Of a stretch of DNA of 64,000 bases, positions 50,601-62,600 are shown piece after piece. Source of the stretch: Podarcis pityusensis (Eukaryota); the NCBI GenBank assembly GCA_964106645.2, contig OZ067051.1; one strand, given 5' to 3'. Every line of letters begins with the position of its first letter. Position 1 is the first letter of the stretch. A program made the translations under genes and the position numbers. A model generated the notes under the pieces. That model was not told where the DNA came from. It searched no databases and saw nothing but the letters and a program-made list of their open reading frames with translations.

Positions 50601-53600
50601 AGGGGCCGGATCGGCCCAATCGCCTTCTAAATCCAGCCTGCGGATGGTCCGGGAATCAGCATGCTTTTACATGAGTAGAATGTGTCCTTTTATTAAAATA
50701 CATCTCTGGGTTATTTGTGGGGCATAGGAATTCGTTCATTTCAACCCTCCACCCCCAAAAAATAATAGTCTGGCCCCCCACAAGGTCTGAGGGATAGTGG
50801 ACCGGCCTCCTGCTGAAAGTGTTTGCTGACTCCTGATATAGACTGTGGTCAAAGTTATTAATTTAATGATTAATGCCAAATTAAAGTTGGTTTATTTTGC
50901 TGAACTTACTTTAGAAAAAAATCTGAGGATTTCCTGTTCTCAAGATCTTCATCTTTACCCCTTTTTGCCTTCTTTCTTTTAGGATTATGGCACTGGGGTA
51001 CCGAAGGTTTCCTTTCGTTATTGCCAGCTTTGAATTGGACGGGCATACACAGAATACACAGCTGGGAAGATTCTGCAAATATCATTGAGGCTCAGCCCGA
51101 TGACTCTTATGCTCTTCCATACCCTGATGTAAGTGCTCTTTAAAAATATGTGTCTTAAGGCTTTTTGTTTCGCAAGTGAAGGCTAAGGGGCTCTGGATGT
51201 TACTCACTTTTACCTGCCAATATTATGGAGGGTTGGGAGTGATACAACCAAGAGCTGGCCATATTATTTTCTTCCTGATGTGCAGGCCTTAGTCCGCTAT
51301 GCCAAACATGACATATGCCAGCCATGTACAGCAGCCTGCCAGCAACTATTGTTGCTGCCTGTCTTGACTTTCCAGGTGTCTGACAGGCTCTCTCTTTTTG
51401 AAACTCCAGCTCATGAGGCTGGCTTGATGCTTCACACGTTGTGTTGACTGATAGATAGCTCATCAATATGCATAGTGCATAGTTTTGTTTTGTTTTTTTA
51501 AAAAAGCCCCTTCCCCAATGGATGACATTTGGACTCCTCCCCATCTCCTTTCCATGTGCAGTGTATGGTTTAAATCCGTCTCTTAAATTTTATTTTATCA
51601 TTTGTTGCTTTGGGGATAATGAGAATTAATCCCAAAATCTGGAATAAACTCCCAAGAGAGGTATACCATTCTTATCACTGCATGCTTTTAGGCAAAACAG
51701 TGGAGACAATTTTATTTCATTGGACCTTTTCTGAATGGTGTTATTATTCAGGATTAACTGCAGCTGCTACTTTCGTCTGCTTCTCTAACTTGTTTTAAGG
51801 GTTTTTGTTTTGTTTTACAACTGTAATTTGTTGCAGTTGTGAGCTATTTTGTTATTGTAAACCACTATGAATGTTTTAGAACAGAGCTGGAGTATAAATG
51901 AATAAATACCCTTAAAAATTATAGGAAACTATGAAGGTATTTGATGCAGATCGTGTGATAGAGCTGGAAAAGAAAATGGCCTTTATGTCTAAGAGATGGC
52001 ATCATCGGGATGAAGAATATAGTAAAATGCTACTTCTCTTGCAAAGCCTTCAAGATCAAGTTACCCAGATGAATGACAAAAGTGAAATGCTGACACTCAT
52101 TAAAAATGTGGTGGGCCAGCATATTAAAGAAATGAAACCTGATGAAACACTACACCCAGCGGTAATTTGTTTGGAACTGTTTCTTAAAACTTGGGAGTTT
52201 TAATGTGATCATTACAGACTTGTCATTCAAATACTCAATAATACTTCTGTTGTAGGAGGCTGTTTAGAACTGACATGGGAAATGAGAGCTTGTGTGGGTG
52301 GGATACAAGTGTTTTCAGCTTGCACATGATAATAGTTTAGCAAACTGCATTATAGTCATTCTCACTGGAAGCATTTCATTGTAATTCCATTCAGCCAAAT
52401 GCATATGCTTAAGCTGAAGATGGTAACATTAAAAATGCATTATTTGATATAAAGCCCAACATGCAGTACATTTAACACACGTTCCTATGATTAGCTTAAG
52501 AGTTGAATAACTGTCTCTTAAAGGAAGAAAATATGCTTTTCATGAATGGATTTTAAAATGATACCATTTTACTTCTTTACCTTTTCAAACTGCATTAAAT
52601 AGCTCTCATACGGTCATTGTACTTAAATATGGCTTCAGGATAAACAGATATTATTTTGGGTTGTGTGGTTAAAATCCATACAATATTTAAATATGGGGGG
52701 GATCTTGTGAGCAATAAGCTTCAAAACTTACTATTCTCTTTTATCTTTAAAGCGTGACTTTCTGACCTTGCATCAAGAACATGAATGGCGCATTGTAGCT
52801 TTAGAAGATCTCCTTGCAAAGCTCTCACAAAAATCAGAGGTAATGAAAAGAATGATAGACTTGCTTTAAGAGTTTCTTTCAGTAGCAAAGGCTGTAATTT
52901 TAAGAATACTTGATTGGAAGTAAGTCCCAGCGAAATCCACAGGTTGCTTTCAAGCAAATATGCTTAGGGAAGGGGAAGAAGACAAAGAGAAATCTGTTAC
53001 CTCATGAGTGTGGAACCTCAGGTCAGGGAGCCAAATGTGAGTGTCCAGGCATCTCTATTTTTGGAGATTATCTCCTAGAACTAATGCTGTTGCAAACCCT
53101 CCTCCAATTGGTCATCTGGCCAGAATGTCTCCTTGAACTTTGGTAATGCCTCTTGCTTGCCTAGATGGGAAGAGATGTATTTGGTCACAAAGTGGTAGTT
53201 TAATGGCTATTATGCTGGGCTTGGATGTGGGAAGTTTAGGTTCCAATTGTCTAAAAATCTCACTGGGGATACCCCTTGGCATTTTCTCAATCTCTCAATC
53301 AAACCAGCTTCTCAGGATGGTTGTGAGGATAAATACCACGAGTTGCTCATAAGGCCAAAAGTGTGCCAAATGTATAATTTGTTGTGAGAACCAGAATTTT
53401 CAAATTTGGAAGGCAGATCTATTTTTCCAGCATTAAGAAATATTTTTTAAAAAATTGCAGTTAAGCATTAAAAAATAAGATATGTGCTGGGATAATGAAA
53501 GACAGTTGGTTTGACCAAACAAGATTTATTCTGGATAAACATCAGACAAAAAGAGGAAAGGATTTTTCACTTGCAAAGAGGCCCTAGTGAAAATACGATT

Positions 53601-56600
53601 AGTAACCTCAAGTGCAGTCTTGGGATCCAGAGTGTTATGTGGATCTCCATATGTCAGGTAATGTTTCTGCTTCTTCTCTGGAAGAAGGATTGTGCCTTCC
53701 TTTCTTGTGATGCACTCCCTTCCCCCATAGCCATATGTTGAGTTAATGGATAAGAGCTGGATTACAATAACTACCACCACCGAGTAGTTTATGAGCAGTT
53801 TTCTTCCCCAAGTCACATGCAGTCCCAATTGGAGTCCAGTGCCTCTGCCACTTTCTCTCACCCGCCCCCATTCCACCATGGCATGAATATGTCAAAATTG
53901 CTATCAGAATGCAGAATGAATAAGTTTAGAAAGTATGCAAATTGGTTCCTCATCCTCTACCTTTTCCAAGTCCAAGTTTCTGTTGTCTGGGAATCTTTTC
54001 TTCACAGCATCTCTTCTGTAGTTCAGAATAAGGAAGTTCCATGTGAATTTAATCATTTTGTTATTTTTCAGGGCCTTCAAAAGGAACTTGAGCTAACCAA
54101 AGCACAAAGAATGAGGTATGGCTGCAGCTAGCTCCTTGCCACTAAGCAGTTAAAACTAGCCTGTAAACAGATGATAACTGTTCTTCTTTTAACACCTCTG
54201 AATTAAAAATGGGTGGGTGGCTCTATAAGGGGGGTGGCTTTAGCTACTGAATGTTTGGCCTTTGTTGTCACTATACTGCATCTTGAAATTACATTCTAAA
54301 ACTTGCTATAAGTCTGGAAAATCATTCTGTCATTCCACCAACTCAGAATTTATTTTCTTTCTGGTGACTTGTTTTAATTCTATACTTGTTTTACACTGGC
54401 TTAAACCATATGCCCAGAAAATTGATTTTAAAGTTTCAAAATTCAGTTTGTTTGCTGATTAGCTTACTGCTGCTTTGTGCTGAAACTATGCAGTAATGGA
54501 ATTCAGCATTTTCACCCCACCAAGCTACTTTAAAACAACAATTGGAATTTAATGTCTGTTTCATGTCTACGTATAGTAGCAAATTCAACAAAATGCTGTG
54601 AATTGTATAGAAATTTCCAAAGAGTCGTATGAACTTTGGGTGGCTTTGAACATTTCCCCAAATGAATAATAAGCTAAGTGTGAATGGTTCATACCTTCAT
54701 CTCCATTGCTGCTTTTTTATCTTGTTCATAGTGGAGTAGAGGGAACATGTTTATCACATCAAATATGTTCTTGCATGCATGGAGAACACATCTCTCTGCC
54801 AAAAACTTGCTCATTTTGTTTTACTTCAGCGTAATGTTTTGTTGACTGTTACTAGATCTGTTCCTAATAGTTCTGATATTTGAACTTTGTCTTTTATTAT
54901 CTTTCTGTGCTGTCAGTGACACTGATGAACAAAACAAGCATCTGTTATCCAAGATTAAACACCTAGAACTTGAGTTAGGTCACATGAAATCAGAACTGCT
55001 AAGTTCACAGGGTTTGAAAACTTGCTGTGACAGAATGGATACCCTTCATGAAAAGGTAAGTTCAAAAGGAGACTTCCCTGAATGAAGTTTAATATGTTGT
55101 ATTTGTGCACCCAGTTCTGACAAAGCATTTTGTGTCCAAGGCAAGATTCCTGGGGGGATTGATTTGCTGAGAAGCATATGGTTGTGTCTGTTTAGCTTAC
55201 TCAAAATACAATACCATAAGATGCAATTGGTTTCAGGACTTTACAGGACTGTCTACAAGCAGGAGGCTGGCCTACTCAATTTCTGTGGGGAGGCACTAGC
55301 TTATAGTTCTTTAGAATTTTCTTTTGGCTATCCCTGTCATTCCATTTGAAGATCATGGTAAATGGATTAAAGGCTGTAGAGCTGGGATCCAAAGAGCAGA
55401 TTAGGCCCACAGAAGGGGTTTACAGAAACCCAGTGGAATTTCTGACTTATTTCCTTTGAATAGTTAACATGAATGACTGTGACAGAGGGAATATGGTTTG
55501 TTCCCTAACAGTGTATTAAAACATAATGTTGAAGAACCTAAACTTTTATGTTACAGCGGTCTGATTGTTGGGAATAGCAGGAAACTAAAATAAGTATGTG
55601 TGTTAAGAGAGCCACTATTCTATTTGGAAAGTGATCCAAAGCCAGTGATATAACTTGCCATATGATATGTTTCTAGGTAGATGCCCAAGTTAAAGAATCA
55701 GTCAAGATCATGCTTTTTGGCAACCAACAAGGAGACTTGCCAGAATCAGTGCTTCAGTGGCTAACATCCAAATTTGTGAGCAAGAGCGACTTGCAAAATT
55801 TGTTACAAGATCTGGAGTTGCAGATCCTCAAGAACATAACTCTCCACATGTCTGTCGCAAATACAAAGTCAACTTCAGAGGTAGTAACGAGCGTTGTGAA
55901 TGAGGCTGGGATTTCAGGCATCACAGAAGCGGTAAGTAAGACGAAAAATATTGTACATTTCCACTAAAACTCTAGATTGCACTTTTGTGAAACAGCTTCA
56001 TTAAACTTATGCTTAAGTTTCTGTGCATTTCATTTTTAAGACAGTAAGTGCAATTCGTCTTTAACTACAAATGTTTTTCAGGAGAAAGATGTGAGCAATA
56101 TTTTAGATAAATGATAAAAAGATGGAGATGGAGACAGTCCATGTTTTTGTCTATTAACATACATTTAATTTAGTGTGGTATGATTTTGAAATGTTAGCTT
56201 TTTTACTTTGGCCTCTAAGGACTCTTATTTTGAATGTCAGCTTTTTAAATAATGCAGTGTCCCATACCTTTCCATACGAATAATCCAGATTAACTCCTGC
56301 CAAGTCTGTTCACAATTGCAAAATTCTGAATCATGCTGCAATAAGAAAGTGTCCAGCTAATTGCTCGCTGTACATTGTAGTGTCTTTAAGGAGTGCCAGG
56401 TGTGGAGAAGGTGTATCCTGGCATTTTATGATAGTTCCAGTTTCATAGAGTACTGCATCCCCAAAGCATTTGGGCAATCCCACCATAAATGAAAGCACAT
56501 CTCAAGGGTTTGGCATCCCCTCCAACATTTTGGCAAGGAACCAGTGTTCGTGTAAAATAGTTATGTGGTGTTAAGTACAGTTTGTGAATTGACTTTAATG

Positions 56601-59600
56601 TGAGTTCTTTGTTCCTCACTGAGCCAGAACGAAATGTTAGTCTTGCTCCAGTATTTGAAATTATAATTTCATCAGTGTCATTAGATGATGATACCTTGGA
56701 TCCAGAGTTACTCTTCCATGAATGGAAGGGTGTATGAACTTGTGGAAGCTCACACTGGCAGAAGTGAAGGAGGCCATTTTTCAGTGATTCCTCTTTCTCT
56801 CTGTGCCATACCTCATTCTGTTCTGAAGGATCCTGCAACATTCATGAGCAGATCTTCAGGGCACTGCAGGAGAAAGGAAGTTTCAACAAAATTGCCTCTC
56901 TCTCCCTATGCCATTGTTCCCAACTTTCATCCACTAGAAGCACCCCGTAAGCAAAGATTCACTTCCAGTAACATGGGATCCAAGCCACTGACTGTGATTT
57001 CGTGCTGGGAATAACTTTGCAGCTGGCTTGTAGAAACAAATGCTTTGCTACCAACACCAGTCCTAATTTTGTAGACCTCTGCCCATGTTAATCATGTCTG
57101 GCCTTTGCAGAAGTTGTTCTTTCTCTTCTTTCTTCTTCTTTAAAGCTTTCCTTATCTAGTCATTTGCAGATAATTATTACCCAACACAAATTTCTAGGCT
57201 AGTGTCTATGTGCAGTTCTGAGAAGGTGATGTCTTCAGGGCTTGCTGGGTTATAAAGCTGGAAATAAAAAATAATAGGCATATAAAATAAATCCTGATGA
57301 AACATTTATTTGAAATTTACATACCACATTTTCTACCAATAAGAGTGGCATTCAAGGTAGATATGCAACAAAATTAAATAATGTAATCAAGGTAATGTAA
57401 CAAACACAAACATAATTTAAAAATCAAATTGTCAGATTGGACTGCTTAAAAATTAAAAATGCAGCCAGAGAAACATCAATAAAATTCCAGCCATAAAAAG
57501 GAAAACCAGTCCCATTCATTCTGAATGGTGTTTCATAAAGAGGACAGCACATCCATATTGACTGTATTGGTTACTGCTCAGGAGTACAATTTGTACTATT
57601 GAACACTAACTCAGTTCATAGTTCTGGCATTGACCTTTAAAACTGTTAATCGCCTGAGGCTTTGTCACATCAAAAACCAGATTTGCCCATATGTTGCTTC
57701 AAAGACTAGTTTGCCCAAGCCTTAAAGTTAAAATTGGCCTTGAAGGCCCTCTTTGTCCCACCTCCACTGGGAATACAGTTGGTAGGCCTTAGGAACAGGT
57801 AGTGTCACTGCTTTAGAATACCAATAGGCATCCTCTGTTTACATTCTTACACAGGTTGCATGAACTTTTTCTTAATTCAGAGTGACATTTTTTGGGATAC
57901 TATAGCTATATATCTATATCTATATATGAGAATGCCGTATAAAACAATTCTATGGCAAAAGCACAACTTGACATCAGTGTGTCAGAATGCTGAAATACAG
58001 TGCTTACTCTCAATTTCTCATATTCCTCTTATGTATATTTGCAGCAAGCACGCATTATTGTCAATAACGCACTGAAACTCTTTTCACAAGACAAGACTGG
58101 CATGGTTGACTTTGCCTTGGAATCTGGAGGTAAGTTCTGAGGGGATATTGCCTGTCTTATACCAGAGGTGTTGAGCAACCATTTAAATAGTTTAAACATT
58201 TTGAGCTGATCTTTATTACAGATAGTAAGTTCTGCAGAAGTTTTGCTGGCTCTAGAAGCCTTTCCAGTTGCGGCCCCCAAACCCTTTAACTTTGTCCCTG
58301 CGTGTATTTGTCTACCAGCTAAAATAGCAGGTAGGAACCTTAGGCCTGGGGGGGGGGGTGGAAATGCAGCATTCCAGGCTTCTCTTTCTGGCCCTTGGGG
58401 CTCACACCAGGGCATAACTCCTCCTTACCCTCTACCATCTTTCCCCCAGACCACACTTCTCACTCAACTTCATACCCTCCTTGAGTGCTACAGCATTATA
58501 CTAATTAGAACTTGCTACTACTTTTGTTTCATTTTGTAGTTTTCAGTGCCAGTTTTGCTTGATTTTAAATGGATTTGTTTTGTAAGCTGCCTTCAGGGCA
58601 CTTGTCAAAAGGCTGGGGTATAAATCCCCAAAATAAATAAATATAGAATACTTCATCCCATAACAGGCTTTAGCTCAGAGACTAATAGAGTTTGTGTGTA
58701 AGAGGCTCAGACATAAGAGAAGTGGGTGGAGACAGCTTGGGAAATATGGCCTGGGCACCCCAGGAGATTAACAGCTAGTTGCATTGAGGAAAGAACAATT
58801 TACTCTTGACTCTGCAGTTATAGGAATCTAGAAATGTGCTTTAAATCAATCACTAGGAAAGCTAAAATTCTCCAACCTGAAAACCTCTTTCTACCTGGTT
58901 TAGAAAGGAACCCTAGTCAGCAGGAGTCATGGTTGAGATTAGCACTGCTCTTGTTAAAGTTGAACTTATTTCCCATAAAAATCCATCTTGTGTAGATACC
59001 TGTTTGGACATCTGGGTGGCTTATATCAATATATATGGTTAATTTAAGAAGGATATACAGATGATTATTGTATCCTAAATATGAGCCAACAGTGGGTTTT
59101 GTTTTTCCTTCACTTTTTTCCTTCGTTTTTCTTTTTATTTGTTAAATTTGCTTTTAAGAATTATTTTTAAAAAATAAGATTGGCATAGATATTTTTGCCA
59201 TGTGTTCAGGTGGTGGGAATGTAAATAATTCACTGCCAAGAGGGGAAGAGGTGGGAGAAGGGGGAGCACATATTTGAAAAGCTAGCTCCTAATTGCTCAA
59301 CCATAGCTAAGAGCAGAAGAGCCAGCTCCATCTGCACCACCAGCCCTTGGACTCTAGATTATTAGAGCAAGGAAGGTGAGGCTGTTCTTTATAAAGGAGA
59401 AAACAGACTGCTGTCCAGCAGCTAGAGTTTGTGCTGGCTGCCTTGTCTGTAGTCCCCCAAAGCATAGTTGGCTGCCAAGGGTTGAAAACGGCTGCATTAA
59501 GTAGCACAAGGTTTTAGTATTTAAAAAGAATGAAGAGGCACACACAGAGTAAGTCTGCACTGTCTTATTAACAAACCTGAATAGTTTCCTTGTTTCTTCA

Positions 59601-62600
59601 AGGTGGCAGTATTTTGAGTACTCGCTGTTCAGAGACGTACGAAACCAAAACAGCTCTAATTAGTCTCTTTGGAATTCCTTTGTGGTACTTCTCTCAATCT
59701 CCTCGCGTGGTGATCCAGGTAATTAAAAAGCTAGTGACTTTTAAAACACTTGGGAAACATATTTTTCCTCTTAAAGGCATAACTTGCTCAGGACTTTTGT
59801 CCAGAAGGGTTTCTGTGTCAACAGGTAAGGTCATTTCTGCTTAGTACAGCAGTATCTTGGCTTCCTCACATCTTGTTGGCATCCTGGCATCAGCTTATTT
59901 CTTTGCTCATGGAATAGGAATGAATTTTGTGCCAATATTAGATGAGCTAACCTTGCTATCACTTAGTTTCCATCTCTTGTTAGCTTTTCTTCCAGAATCT
60001 CTGGCAAGAATTCGATGAAGGTGCATTTATATGTTGACTGTTGCTCAGTTCCTTACCACTGAGATGCTTTGCAGCTAAATTTGTGCACTCTTCAGAACCC
60101 AAATGTTGACCGGCTTTCTGAAACGATGTTACAGTCATGAATTCTGATGTCTAGTATATCCCGTGTGTGCACATTCTTGAAGTATAGGGCTGTTCCGTAG
60201 GGGTGTATGCCCTTATACAGCCAGGACAGTTGTCACTGACCCAACACTGAGCTTCTTTTATTAGCTATTTCATAATTTTTTATGCACTAGATTGTAAAAA
60301 AACACCAGTAGTTTTCAAATTGTGTACACAGGAAGCCTGTGGCTTCTCAGGGTGTTCAGTGAGAAGATCGGTAATAAACTTCCCTGAAAAACTGCTTGCC
60401 CACCAATAAGCACCTTCTGCAGTGTTCATGTACAGGGGTATTGAGTATGCAACAGGTCTGGATAAAAGGCAGAACATGGCTTGTTGGCTCCTGAGGTGTG
60501 TCCCCCCCCCCCCCCCGAATGCTGGACTAGAAAGCCTGATCCAGTCCTTAAGAAAGAGAGCACATTTAGGGTGACAATGCAGATCAGTCATACCTCTTGC
60601 TTTGTAACTATAAAATATACAAGTAGACTGTGGGGATTCTAGCTTAAAAACAAAACAAAGAGACAGATCACACCAAACTAAGGTCAGCTCATAATTATTT
60701 TAGGAGGCACAGTAAGTTTAGAGAAGGTGATGGTGAAACCAAACAGGCCTCAAACACGTCACTCAAATCCCCTACAATAGGTAGATTTCCCAAAACAGAT
60801 AAAACAGTGCAGAAAGTTTTAAAACCACTGAATTATGCAACAAAAGTTGCTTAAAGGTTTCTTAAAGGAAGCTATTTCAGATTATAATTGCTTCACATTT
60901 TTTATGATGATGCCACACAGTGTTAATATGTTGCTGTACTTTAGTTATTATAATTTTGAGCTGCTGAGCTACATGACTTAAAGGATATGCACCATCTAAG
61001 GAAATTATGCAATTTCTCAGTGTATGCTTTGTCCACATTATAATGTCAGATCTCTTGTTATTTTTAAACTTATTAATGGAACTGTAACTTTTTTTTATTT
61101 CTTCCCTTAAGCCTGACATGTATCCTGGAAACTGCTGGGCTTTCAAAGGATCACAGGGATATCTGGTTGTCAGGCTTTCCATGATGATCTACCCTACAGC
61201 CTTCACCCTGGAACACATACCAAAAACACTTTCACCAACAGGCAATATTACCAGTGCTCCAAAGGATTTTTCAGTATATGTAAGCTTTATTTTTGACAAA
61301 ATAGATTAGGGTGATTTTCCTCAAATTTATTTATTTTGCAATTCTTATAAAAGGGGGATCAAAGGAAAAGGACTTTGAATACCTCAGTATATTGATTTAT
61401 CACCTAACCTGCCCCGGATGTGCCTGCTTCAAAACTCTTCCCTTGGGAACTGTATTTGACATCTGTACAAGCAGCTGTAAGAACAGACTGTTCTAATTAG
61501 CTTTTCAGTGTACCCAGATAGATAATATAAAAGAATTTTCAGTAAAACAAAGAAATGAAAAGACCAGGAGATCACACTTTCAACTTAATATATTTTGTGT
61601 TAAAATTAAAGTAGAAAGTCAAGATGTGACGGTTTATAAAAGTTACTCTTGCATACAGACCACATTTCAGCCATTTCTAGTATTTTACATTGCAATTATC
61701 CTGAGACTTTGTGGTGGTCTTTGTAGAAATCCAAGTAGTAAATTCATATTTTTCATATCCTAAAAATATTCAGGGTGTGTGTGGGATATGTTGTGTGTCC
61801 TACCTGCTTTTATTGTGATCTTGTCTTTTAATAGGGACTGAGAGAGGTTGAAATTAAAACTGAATCTTATAGTTACCTTCTCTGGTGAGAACTCAGAATA
61901 ATATTAAACATTTGTGTTGGCAGGGTCTTGAAAGTGAGTATGAACAAGAGGGCGTACTTCTTGGGCAATATATTTATGATCAAGATGGAGAGCCATTACA
62001 GATGTTTCAAGTAACGGTATGTCAACATTAGTACAAAGCCTATCTGCCTTTAGGCTTCTTCTTTTTTACACTCTTGGAGGCATTGACATGAATGCAAATA
62101 GTATTAGGTTTGGATTTGCTCCTGTAAAGCAAAGAAGCTAGATCATGCATGTGACAAATAAAATATGAAAGTTTGGTTTGCTCCAGTCTTGCATATAAGC
62201 CCACAGAGAGTTTTACTAGCATAATTACTGCTCATTCACAGAAATCTTAAAGTAGCACAAGGCTTTCCAAACTGGAGGAAATTTGCATTTCAAATTCCCC
62301 TAACTGCAAATTCTCCCCTCCTCTAATATCACATAAATTGATCTGTGAACTGTTGGCCCTGCCTTTTTGCATGGGCTTGATGGATTTTTTACCTATTTTG
62401 ACTGCAATAGTGCATGTAAAGTTGAATGCAAAGGAAGCTGTAGCAACAGTTATAGATACAACATTGTAATCCTGCTTCTTTTAAGGACAAAATACTGAAA
62501 GGCTAATGGTTGTGTCCAATACTGGTCCTGCTCAAAGTAAACCCATTGAAGTTAATGAACGTGACTAAGGGTTGCTAGGTCCTGCTGAGAAGAGACCCAC

